DNA of 64,000 nucleotides from Bacteroidota bacterium (GTDB lineage: Bacteria > Bacteroidota > Bacteroidia > Bacteroidales > GCA-2748055). The notes under the pieces were generated by a model. It was not told the DNA's origin. It searched no databases and saw nothing but the letters and a program-made list of their open reading frames with translations. Made by a program: the position numbers and the translations under genes. Of the stretch, positions 46,972 to 55,848 are shown piece after piece; positions within the stretch are counted from its first letter, which is position 1, and every line of letters starts with the position of its first letter. The DNA is taken from NCBI GenBank assembly GCA_002748055.1, contig PDRI01000096.1, positions 13,432 to 77,431 on the forward strand, in the 5' to 3' direction.

Positions 46972-49900
46972 ATGAAACTACCTGAAATATCCGTAAAAAG
47001 ACCCGTGGCCACAACCATGGTCTTCCTGGCCGTACTCCTCTTCGGTCTGGTATCTCTGAAAATGCTTCCACTGGATGTCATGCCAGAACTGGAAGTACCC
47101 TCTCTGACCGTTATTACGGTGTATCCGGGTGCCTCTGCCGAGGAAGTGGAAGAACAGGTCAGCGATGTCCTTGAGGCCACCCTGGCCACTGCATCCAACC
47201 TGAAAGAGATCTCTTCAAACTCGAAGGAAAACGTGTCCTTCGTTCAGATGTCCTATCGCTGGGGAACCGATGTTACCGAGGCGGCAAACAATGCCCGTGA
47301 CATTATCGAAGGCATCTCTGCCCACCTGCCCGATGCCGCCCGGAAACCAATTATCTACAAAATCAACTCATCGATGATGCCGGTCATGTTTTACAGTGTG
47401 ACCGCCAACCAGAACTACGCCGGACTCGAAAAGATTCTGGCTGATAAGATTGCAGCCCCCATCCGCAAAGCCGATGGTGTGGGAACTGTCATCTTCCTGG
47501 GCCAGCCGCGCCGGGAAATAGAAATCCTGGTCGACCCTGCCCGCCTCGATGCCTATGGCCTTTCCATGATGCAGCTTTCCACCATCCTGAAGGCCGAGAA
47601 CATCTCTGTTCCGGGTGGTAGCCTGGGTGTTGGTACACGCGACTATGCCATCCATGTCGAAGGCAACATCGAAGACACCGGGATGCTCGAAAAGCTGGTC
47701 CTGGCGGAATTCAACAACCGGATTATCCGGCTCGAAGATGTGGCTGAGGTCCGTGACGGCTTCCCCGAAGATGACGAAATCGCTCGTAGTACAGATGGAG
47801 AGGGCGCCGCACTGATGATTCAGAAACAGAGTGGTGAAAACACTCTGGCCGTTATTCGCAACGTCCGCGAAAAGATGGAAGAAGTAAGGAAAACCCTGCC
47901 CGATGATGTAAAAGTGCAGGAAGTTATTTCGACCGATGAAATTGTTACCGAGAGCCTTAGTTCACTGGGGTCGTCTCTGTTCTGGGCCTTCATCTTCGTC
48001 ATCGTCGTGGTTTTCCTCTTCCTGCGAGAGGGCAGAAGCAGCCTGATTGTGGCCCTCACCATCCCCTTCTCCCTGATTTCAGGGATCATCGCCATGTTCG
48101 TCATGGGCTGGACGATTAACATCTTCTCACTCATGTCGCTGATCATTGCCATCGGGATGGTTGTGGACAATGCCATCGTAGTCCTTGAAAACATCACCCG
48201 TCACATCGAAAATGGCGCCCACCCAAAGGAAGCTGCCATCTTCGGCTCTTCCGAGATGGGACGCCCCATCATTGCTTCAACCCTGACCACCATCATGGTC
48301 TTCCTGCCCATGGTATTCATGGGGGGTATCGTGGGCATCCTGTTCAAGCAACTGGCTGTAATTACAGTTATTACCATGCTGGCCTCGCTGATCACTGCCC
48401 TCAGCCTCACGCCCATGGCTTCGTCCAGACTGCTGAAAGGCCGGGAGAAAGGCCAAAGCAGAAAGCACACTGCGCTTTACCGCTTCAGCGAAAAAAACCT
48501 GGTATTCATTGAGAACAATTACAAAAGGCTGCTGTCCTGGGCCCTGAATCACAAGTTCATCACCCTGTTCATCGCCATCCTCATCCTTGTTGTATCGCTC
48601 TGGTGGGGCAAAAGCACGGGCTCGGATTACATTCCCGATTTCGATGCCGGCGACCTGATTGTTGTCATGGAAACCCCGGTAGGCACCAGTGCAGCCGAAA
48701 CCGACCGGATCGCTCAAAAGGTGATGCAAATCATCCGTGAAGAAGTTCCCGAGCGCATTCCCGGCAGCCTCTCCGAAATTGCCGGCCAGACCAACGACGG
48801 TGCTCTCACCGCCGTGGGCTTCAGCGAAGGAAAAAACGTAGCCACCATCCTTTGCCACATGGTAAAACCGGACGAACGCGAACGGAGTGCTGCCGAAATT
48901 GGCAAAGTGGTCCGTGCCAGGGTAGCCGAGATCCCCGAGATTGAGAAATTCCATGTCACCGCCGGAAACATCCTTTCCACAGCCCTCACCGGGAATGAAA
49001 AGCCCGTTGAGCTGAAGGTCTTTGGATCGGACTTCGACGACATGAACCGGGTTGCACTCGAGATCGAAGCAAAAATGAAAGCGATCTCCGGATTCAATGA
49101 CATTGAGAATACCATTGATCCTGGAAAACTCGAACTCAAGGTCCACATCAACCGCGAAAAAGCCTCCATCCTTGGCCTCAACTCTGCCCTTATCGGGGCC
49201 CAGGTCAGACAATCGGTCTACGGTACCGAAGCTGGCGAACTGAAAGAAGGCAGCGAACGCTACGACATCACTATCCGTTACAATGACGCAGAACTCGCCG
49301 GGATCGATGACCTGGAAAACCTGATGATCTCCAATATCCGCGGATCACAGATCAAACTGGGATCAGTGGCCGATATCGAAGTCGACTATGGCTCATTGGA
49401 GATCCGGCACATCAACCAAGAACGGGTAATCAAGGTTCAGGCCAACACCGACGGAATCTCGCTGAACGAGGCTGCAGAACTGGCTACCGACTGCATTAAT
49501 GAAATTGATCTCCCGGATGGAGTAGAGGTGGAACTCGGCGGCCAAATCGCCTCCAAGGACGATTCCTTCGCCGATCTGAAGCTGGTGATGATCATGGGTA
49601 TCCTTCTGGTATACATGGTAATGGCCGGACAGTTCGAATCCTTTAAACACCCCTTCATTATCATGCTGGCACTTCCCTTCATGTCGGTTGGAGCCATTCT
49701 GGCCTTTAAAGCCACAGGCATTACCCTTTCGGTCACCACCTTCATTGCCCTCATCATGCTGGTGGGTATCGTAGTCAACAACGGTATCGTATTGGTCGAC
49801 TACATCAACCTGCTCAGGGCTCGTGGGTATCGTGTTAAGGATGCTGCTGCCGAAGCTGGCAGGTCCCGGATGCGGCCTGTAATGATGACATCCTTTACAA

Positions 49901-50073
49901 CCATTCTCGCCATGGTTCCCATGGCCATAAGCAGTGGGATGGGTAAAGAAATGTTTTCTCCCCTGGGCATCACCATCATCGGAGGACTGCTGGTCTCCAT
50001 GCTGATCAGCCTGATCATCGTTCCCACACTCTATGTGAGCATGAACCGAGAAAAGAACATTGTCAGGAACTAA
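46972..50073 (+). CDS. efflux RND permease (AcrB/HAE-type)
   Basis: 1033 aa. MKLPEISVKRPVATTMVFLAVLLFG... with a 12-TM RND layout. Confidence 0.85.
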   Translation: MKLPEISVKRPVATTMVFLAVLLFGLVSLKMLPLDVMPELEVPSLTVITVYPGASAEEVEEQVSDVLEATLATASNLKEISSNSKENVSFVQMSYRWGTDVTEAANNARDIIEGISAHLPDAARKPIIYKINSSMMPVMFYSVTANQNYAGLEKILADKIAAPIRKADGVGTVIFLGQPRREIEILVDPARLDAYGLSMMQLSTILKAENISVPGGSLGVGTRDYAIHVEGNIEDTGMLEKLVLAEFNNRIIRLEDVAEVRDGFPEDDEIARSTDGEGAALMIQKQSGENTLAVIRNVREKMEEVRKTLPDDVKVQEVISTDEIVTESLSSLGSSLFWAFIFVIVVVFLFLREGRSSLIVALTIPFSLISGIIAMFVMGWTINIFSLMSLIIAIGMVVDNAIVVLENITRHIENGAHPKEAAIFGSSEMGRPIIASTLTTIMVFLPMVFMGGIVGILFKQLAVITVITMLASLITALSLTPMASSRLLKGREKGQSRKHTALYRFSEKNLVFIENNYKRLLSWALNHKFITLFIAILILVVSLWWGKSTGSDYIPDFDAGDLIVVMETPVGTSAAETDRIAQKVMQIIREEVPERIPGSLSEIAGQTNDGALTAVGFSEGKNVATILCHMVKPDERERSAAEIGKVVRARVAEIPEIEKFHVTAGNILSTALTGNEKPVELKVFGSDFDDMNRVALEIEAKMKAISGFNDIENTIDPGKLELKVHINREKASILGLNSALIGAQVRQSVYGTEAGELKEGSERYDITIRYNDAELAGIDDLENLMISNIRGSQIKLGSVADIEVDYGSLEIRHINQERVIKVQANTDGISLNEAAELATDCINEIDLPDGVEVELGGQIASKDDSFADLKLVMIMGILLVYMVMAGQFESFKHPFIIMLALPFMSVGAILAFKATGITLSVTTFIALIMLVGIVVNNGIVLVDYINLLRARGYRVKDAAAEAGRSRMRPVMMTSFTTILAMVPMAISSGMGKEMFSPLGITIIGGLLVSMLISLIIVPTLYVSMNREKNIVRN

Positions 50074-50086
50074 AACATCAAGTGAA

Positions 50087-50413
50087 ATGGAAATGGTATA
50101 TATCACAGGCAAAGTAAGCCTGCGCAGAAAAATCATCGAGATGCTGGAAGACAGCAAGATACGTGATTATCAGATACTGGACCATGCCGTAGTGAAAAAC
50201 AAAATCGGACCACCCCGCTTCGATACGGAGATCTGGCCAGGCTATAACATCGCCTTCCTGATCCAGGTCAGTGAAGAAGAAAAAGTCGGTCAACTGCTCG
50301 ATCGCCTCAAACGCTTCAACGTGGATGAGGCCTACAATGAAACAGAGTTGCTGACGGTCTGCACCTGGTCCCTCAACAATTACTTCTACGGACAGGACTA
50401 CCAGGGGCACTAA
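50087..50413 (+). CDS. small cytoplasmic transporter-associated protein (P-II-like size; resembles the PG0541-type family seen after Bacteroidota RND pumps)
   Basis: 108 aa from ATG 50087, 13 nt after the RND stop, with no signal peptide, followed by a strong terminator. Family assignment is from memory and was not searched. Confidence 0.45.
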   Translation: MEMVYITGKVSLRRKIIEMLEDSKIRDYQILDHAVVKNKIGPPRFDTEIWPGYNIAFLIQVSEEEKVGQLLDRLKRFNVDEAYNETELLTVCTWSLNNYFYGQDYQGH

Positions 50414-50434
50414 GCCCTCCCCCAATCATCAATG

Positions 50435-50476
50435 CAAAACAGACAGTAGCCCTGGCTAACTGTCTGTTTTGTTTTG
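50435..50476 (+). terminator. rho-independent terminator ending the RND operon
   Basis: CAAAACAGACAG (50435-50446) pairs with CTGTCTGTTTTG (50460-50471), followed by TTTTG. Confidence 0.75.
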
Positions 50477-50523
50477 CTACATATTGAATACCTTGCAGGA
50501 AATGGCTTTTAAAACCAATCCTT

Positions 50524-51960
50524 ATGAGACAGCTTTCGAAAACCAAAATCCTGTCAGCACTTATCCTTTCAATTCCGCTCCTGCTTATCGTATACAAACT
50601 GGCCGAAAAGAGGAATCCCGTACTCGAGATTGAGGGCGGAAAAATTCAGGGCCTTGCATCTGAAACAGCAGGTGTTTACATCTATCGAGGCATTCCCTTT
50701 GCCGCTCCCCCCATTGGAGATCTGCGCTGGAAGGCACCCCGGAAAGTCATCCCCTGGGAGGGAGTCCGGCTGGCCGACACCTTTGGCCCCCCGGCCTACC
50801 AAGCGAAACACGAAGAAGGATCCTTTTATCAGAAGGAATTCTTTTTCGATGGCGACCCCCCGTACAGCGAAGACTGTCTCTTCCTGAATATCTGGACCCC
50901 GGCCCCTGGCAAAAGCAATCAAAAACTCCCGGTAGCCATGTGGATTCATGGAGGTGGTTATGTCGCAGGTTGGGGATTCGAACCCGAAATGGATGGTGAG
51001 GCATGGGCTGAAAGGGGGGTGATCCTGGTAACCATCAATTATCGCCTTGGCATCTTTGGGTTCATGGCCCATCCCGAACTCAGCGCTGAAAACCCGGCCG
51101 GTATTTCCGGCAACTATGGCATCCTCGACCAGATCGCAGCCCTGAAATGGATAAAAAACAACATTGCACAATTCGGAGGCGACCCCGACAACATCATGGT
51201 CTTCGGACAAAGCGCCGGGGCCAACAGCGTCAAACAACTCGTTGCTTCTCCCTTATCGAGAGAGCTGATGGCCAGTGCAGTGATCATGAGCGGGGGAGGT
51301 TTGAGCCCCCAGGGCGGGCCGATGAAAAGCGACAGCCTGGACGAAGCCGAAGAAAAGGGTAAAAGCATGATGGACATAGCCGGACTGGATGGCCTCGACA
51401 AGATGCGTTCCGCTTCAACTGAGGAAATCTTCGGTGCACTTCAGGGCTATGCCGACTCCATGAAGCAATGGCTAAGATGGGGACCGGTGATCGATGGCTC
51501 CGTCATCCCACAGTCCTTTGAAGATGCCGCCTACGCGGGTCAAATTGCCGATATCCCCTACATGATTGGTTTCACCATGGATGACTTCGGAAGCCTGGCC
51601 GACAAGGGCCAGATTATTGATTTCTGTGAATTGAGAAAGGAACAGGGTGGCAAAGCCTTTGCCTACCAGTTTGCCAGACCCCTGCCCGGTGACTCGGCCG
51701 GTGCCTTTCATTCATCCGAACTCTGGTTTGTATTCCATACCCTGGACCGGTCTTGGCGGCCTTTTACTGAAGGAGATGCAGCCCTGAGTGAAACAATGGT
51801 GGATGCCTGGACAAACTTTAGCAAGTATGGAAATCCGAACGACGCCGGGGGCAAAAGCTGGCAGGCCAGCAGCAAATCCCGGACCGACTGCATGGTTTTC
51901 AAACTGGACGAAAACGGACTTGAGGCATCCGAAATGAGACAACCCCTGCCACGCAGGTAG
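50524..51960 (+). CDS. type-B carboxylesterase/lipase family protein
   Basis: YRGIPFAAPPIGDLRW, EDCLFLNIW, WIHGGGY and the nucleophile elbow GQSAGA. Confidence 0.85.
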   Translation: MRQLSKTKILSALILSIPLLLIVYKLAEKRNPVLEIEGGKIQGLASETAGVYIYRGIPFAAPPIGDLRWKAPRKVIPWEGVRLADTFGPPAYQAKHEEGSFYQKEFFFDGDPPYSEDCLFLNIWTPAPGKSNQKLPVAMWIHGGGYVAGWGFEPEMDGEAWAERGVILVTINYRLGIFGFMAHPELSAENPAGISGNYGILDQIAALKWIKNNIAQFGGDPDNIMVFGQSAGANSVKQLVASPLSRELMASAVIMSGGGLSPQGGPMKSDSLDEAEEKGKSMMDIAGLDGLDKMRSASTEEIFGALQGYADSMKQWLRWGPVIDGSVIPQSFEDAAYAGQIADIPYMIGFTMDDFGSLADKGQIIDFCELRKEQGGKAFAYQFARPLPGDSAGAFHSSELWFVFHTLDRSWRPFTEGDAALSETMVDAWTNFSKYGNPNDAGGKSWQASSKSRTDCMVFKLDENGLEASEMRQPLPRR

Positions 51961-52361
51961 TTTCCCGGCTGGGGATACTCCATCTGCGGAAAAGAAGACC
52001 ACCAAGCCAAAACCTTAAATATACCAAACCCGTAAAAAGAAAAGCTCATGAATTCAATCGTTTACGGTTTAGTGTCCGTTGCAATGCTCCTTTGTTCGTG
52101 CAGGAACTAAATGACGGACATCGTGCATTTTCACAACTAAGCCTGCAAAAGAAAGGTTCAATGCTTTTATAAACAGCAGAGAAGGAAACAGCCTTACATG
52201 GAATCGTGTATCGCTTCGCTGGGCACAGTCCACAAGACTTCGGCAGCCTTGGATAACTCACTGCTCTTCGGCGTAAAAAACTGGCTGAAGGGATAGAAAA
52301 CAGGTGAACCCGTCAAACAGCCTCCCGGATCAGGGGGGGCTGCCTTATTTGTCAAAGTCAT

Positions 52362-54038
52362 TTAGTTTGGCTCCACCCGCATGGTATGAAAGGCTGTGAA
52401 GGTCCGATCGTAACGATCCCTGGCCCTGACCTCAATAATATGCCTTCCGGCGGGCCAGTCTGTTCCAATGCTGGCCTCCCACATATGGCTCGAATTCTGT
52501 GGAGGTGTTAAAGGTCTGCCCGGAAAATCGTCCAGGCTAAGGTTCGGGTTTTCTTCAATAATTTTCGCATATCCCATTTCCTCAAAGGTCAACCAGCGCT
52601 TATAAATCATCTCATAGTAAGGGTCCGGTTTCTCCACTTTATCCATTGTTTTCCAATCGCTTAAACCCTTGATTCGGTATTCGAGACTGGATTCTTCACT
52701 GCCGTTGAAGAAGTTTACACTCAACAGGACTGTATCGGCCGAACCGGCGATAATCCCCCTGGGAACATGGATGTTCATCCGATGGTCATCCGGACTACCG
52801 GCCACCTTCCAGTCGATAATGTATTCGGTGCCCTTGAAGGAAATGAAAGAATAGCCATTGGGTGTCCCATCACGCATCATGGTGTGGGGCACATCGGTTT
52901 CACCTTTCAGGCCGCTCCACCAACTACCCGAAGCCGTTCCAACATTGAAATGATGGTGAGGTACCGGCTGCTGCCAATCGCTGGAATCGGCATGAAAATG
53001 CATGTTCTCATGAACATGGCTGTGCGCAGAAATGGAAAGGGTATGGGGAAATTTTTTCAAGAGATCGAAGAGTTTCTTCTGATCGCTTTTCCTGAAAGCC
53101 TCTCCGTGTTGCGCCAGAGGAATGTGCATCGTAAGGACCACCAGGTCTTCGCGGGGAACCGTCTGAAGATAATTACTGACAAATTCGAACTGATCGGGAC
53201 GAAGCCCTCCCACATAGGAGGTCGAACCCGATTCACTGGTATGGATCACGTCATCCACGACAATGAAATGCACCTCGCCATACTCAAAGGCATAAGTGGC
53301 CGGCCCAAAAACGCGTTCATAGGTCTCATCCGACAAGCGGTCATTGGGTGCCAGATAATTTACATCGTGGTTCCCCAACACATTGTACCAGGGGATCCCT
53401 ATCATTGAAACTGCCTGATTCAGGGGAGAGAATAGATCCAGTGAATTTCCGACAATGTCACCCATAGTCATCCCGAATTCCAGATCGTCGCGACCAATCA
53501 ATTCAAGCACGATGTCCTCCGCCAGGTAGTCGATTTGTTGAATATTGTAAGGTTGGGGATCTCCAAAAACCACCATTTTAAAGGCCTCAGAGGCATTTTC
53601 CGGATAGAGCGGAAAATTAATTTCCTCGGGCAGATCGCCTGTGGGGTCCACCCCTTTGTATCTCAAATACTCCGGGGAGCCCTTGGGCTTATGGAGATAA
53701 TAAAACTGGGGGAGGTTCTGTTCATTAACCGGCGTCATCCAGTCCTTTGGTTTAATTACAAACACAATGGCATCGTCCGATACCGGTATCGCATAGTCCC
53801 CATTCGCATCGGTCTGAACAAGTTTGGTGCCATTGGATACCAGTACCCCGGAAATACCCCTTTCGCCGTCATCCTTCATCCGGTTTCCATTCTTGTCGTG
53901 AAAAACACAACCGCTGGCAAGCTCTTCGCCTGGTCCTGCCTCAAGGCTGTGCGGCAAATTGTAGCGTGATTTGTCATCCTTTGTGCTGCAGGCAACAACA
54001 ACCAGCAGCAGTCCAATAAGCAATCCATATGGTTTCAT
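52362..54038 (-). CDS. calcineurin-like metallophosphoesterase with N-terminal Ig/CarboxypepD-like and C-terminal Metallophos_C-like domains
   Basis: ATG at 54038 gives MKPYGLLIGLLLVVVAC (lipobox). VFGDPQ, MGDIVG, GNHDVNY and SAHSHV are phosphoesterase motifs. Confidence 0.75.
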   Translation of the reverse strand: MKPYGLLIGLLLVVVACSTKDDKSRYNLPHSLEAGPGEELASGCVFHDKNGNRMKDDGERGISGVLVSNGTKLVQTDANGDYAIPVSDDAIVFVIKPKDWMTPVNEQNLPQFYYLHKPKGSPEYLRYKGVDPTGDLPEEINFPLYPENASEAFKMVVFGDPQPYNIQQIDYLAEDIVLELIGRDDLEFGMTMGDIVGNSLDLFSPLNQAVSMIGIPWYNVLGNHDVNYLAPNDRLSDETYERVFGPATYAFEYGEVHFIVVDDVIHTSESGSTSYVGGLRPDQFEFVSNYLQTVPREDLVVLTMHIPLAQHGEAFRKSDQKKLFDLLKKFPHTLSISAHSHVHENMHFHADSSDWQQPVPHHHFNVGTASGSWWSGLKGETDVPHTMMRDGTPNGYSFISFKGTEYIIDWKVAGSPDDHRMNIHVPRGIIAGSADTVLLSVNFFNGSEESSLEYRIKGLSDWKTMDKVEKPDPYYEMIYKRWLTFEEMGYAKIIEENPNLSLDDFPGRPLTPPQNSSHMWEASIGTDWPAGRHIIEVRARDRYDRTFTAFHTMRVEPN

Positions 54039-54080
54039 GATCAGGCGATTTGGTTCTGAGAACAAGATACCCTAAAGTTT

Positions 54081-55694
54081 TTATTCCGACCTAAATTTCC
54101 AGTACTCAATGCGGGGATTTTTTGCAACCTTTTTCTTATACGCTTCGATGTAAGACAGGTTCAGGGAGTCGCTGTCGCCATACTGCTTCCTGAGTTCTTC
54201 CAGACGCCGGTGTAAATCGGCCTGTACATCGGCATAGGCAGGATCTCCATAAATATTCTGCATCTCGTCGGGATCCTGTTCCAGATCGTACATTTCCCAC
54301 TCATCGATATCGTAGTAGCAATGCATGAGTTTATATCTGCTCGTAGTAATCCCATAGTGACGCATCACATGGTGTTCCGAAGGATGCTCATAGTAATGAT
54401 AGTAGTGTCCGGTTCGCCAATCCTCGGGTGTATTCCCCTGAAGAATGGGCAGTAAACTGCGGCCCTGCATTTCTTCAGGAATGCTTGCACCGGCAATATC
54501 AATAAAGGTCTCCCCGAAATCGAGGTTGGAAACCAAATCGGTATTCACGCTTCCGGCTTCGATCTGCTCCGGCCATTTAATCAGCAGGGGAGTCCGAAGC
54601 GATTCCTTATACATCCAGCGTTTGTCGAACCAGCCATGCTCCCCCAGATAAAAGCCCTGGTCAGAGGTATAGACGACAATGGTATTTTTATCGAGCCCGC
54701 TTTCCTCCAGGTAATCCAGTACTTTCCCGACGCTCTTGTCGACTGCCGCAACCGTGGACAAATAGTCCTTCATGTAGCGCTGGTGCTTGAACTTCACCAG
54801 ATCCACTGCTGTCGGATTGGCCCGCTGGTAAGCTTCAAAAACGGGACCATAGACAGCATTCCACTTTTCGAGTTGCGCCTCGTTCAATCCCACGCGGGGC
54901 TGGTCCGACATTTTCAGGTCATAAACCATGGTCATCGTTTCAGCGATGCTCATATTGTTCAGCGCAGCCGCCTTTCTGTTCCCCTTGTAATCGTCGAAAA
55001 GGCCGGGCGGTTCGGGAAAACTCACATCTTCGTACATGCCCAGCTCATTGGGGCCGGGCTCCCATGCACGATGAGGAGCCTTGTGATGCATCATTACCAT
55101 AAAGGGCCGACCATCGTCCTTCACGCTTTTGATCCACTCAATGGTCTTGTCGGTAATAATCTCAGTGGCATAGCCCTCCATTTCGTATTTGCCCGAATCA
55201 TTGATAAACTCAGGGTTGTAATACCTTCCCTGTCCCGGTAAAATGTCATAGTAATCAAAGCCCTCCGGACTGCCCCCAAGGTGCAGCTTCCCAATGATAG
55301 CCGTCTTGTAGCCCGCCTGTTGCAGGACCTTGGTAAAGGTTTGCTGACTGAAATCGAACACCGTTCCCGCGGTATTGTCCACGAAACCATTCCGATGGCT
55401 GTACTTCCCGGTCAGAATCGTAGCCCTGGACGGACCACAAATAGAGTTGGTTACCATGCACCTGTTAAAACGCATACCCTCCTTCGCAAGGCGGTCAATC
55501 TGAGGCGTTGGTGCCAGCTCGGCCAGCGAGCCACCATAAGCCGAAATAGCCTGATAGGCATGGTCGTCGCTCATGATGAAAACGATGTTTGGTCTTTGGG
55601 CAGGCTGGTTTTCAGTCCCTAAGTGGCAAGAACTGAACAAAAGTGATGTGACAGGGAATGCCGAAATAAAGACAATAAGCTTGATCAGTCTCAT
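54081..55694 (-). CDS. S1-family sulfatase (formylglycine-dependent)
   Basis: PNIVFIMSDDH and CGPSRATILTGKY (the C-x-P-x-R signature). Signal peptide with lipobox. Confidence 0.85.
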   Translation of the reverse strand: MRLIKLIVFISAFPVTSLLFSSCHLGTENQPAQRPNIVFIMSDDHAYQAISAYGGSLAELAPTPQIDRLAKEGMRFNRCMVTNSICGPSRATILTGKYSHRNGFVDNTAGTVFDFSQQTFTKVLQQAGYKTAIIGKLHLGGSPEGFDYYDILPGQGRYYNPEFINDSGKYEMEGYATEIITDKTIEWIKSVKDDGRPFMVMMHHKAPHRAWEPGPNELGMYEDVSFPEPPGLFDDYKGNRKAAALNNMSIAETMTMVYDLKMSDQPRVGLNEAQLEKWNAVYGPVFEAYQRANPTAVDLVKFKHQRYMKDYLSTVAAVDKSVGKVLDYLEESGLDKNTIVVYTSDQGFYLGEHGWFDKRWMYKESLRTPLLIKWPEQIEAGSVNTDLVSNLDFGETFIDIAGASIPEEMQGRSLLPILQGNTPEDWRTGHYYHYYEHPSEHHVMRHYGITTSRYKLMHCYYDIDEWEMYDLEQDPDEMQNIYGDPAYADVQADLHRRLEELRKQYGDSDSLNLSYIEAYKKKVAKNPRIEYWKFRSE

Positions 55695-55848
55695 ATCGCT
55701 TGTTTTGGGTTATGCGAATAAAAGTATGGGATTTATTCATATCCGCCACACTGAAGTGTCTATTTGCTACTGTAAATGCGCCAGATCAGAATCAGGCCAC
55801 CAGCTTAGATCGCTTTGGAAGAACAGCCCGGCACTATAAAAACCAACC

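Noticed and set aside
48277-50157. Long antisense ORFs (311 aa, 254 aa and others) inside the RND permease gene. Similar ones lie inside tldD (2865-3491), pmbA (3760-4314), btuB-like (9772-10512), the 470-aa T9SS gene (11852-12490), the esterase (50569-51237), the phosphoesterase (52767-53408), the sulfatase (54636-55241) and GSCFA (59518-60033).
   Set aside because: Each overlaps a strongly supported family-recognisable gene on the other strand. Their translations are low-complexity (G/R/H/P-rich) with no motifs, which is the usual open antisense frame artefact.
52046-52261. 71-aa minus-strand ORF in the esterase/phosphoesterase gap
   Set aside because: Cys/Arg/Ser-rich, with no motifs, no signal, and no plausible promoter or partner. 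It is treated as non-coding, and the gap itself is reported as a finding.
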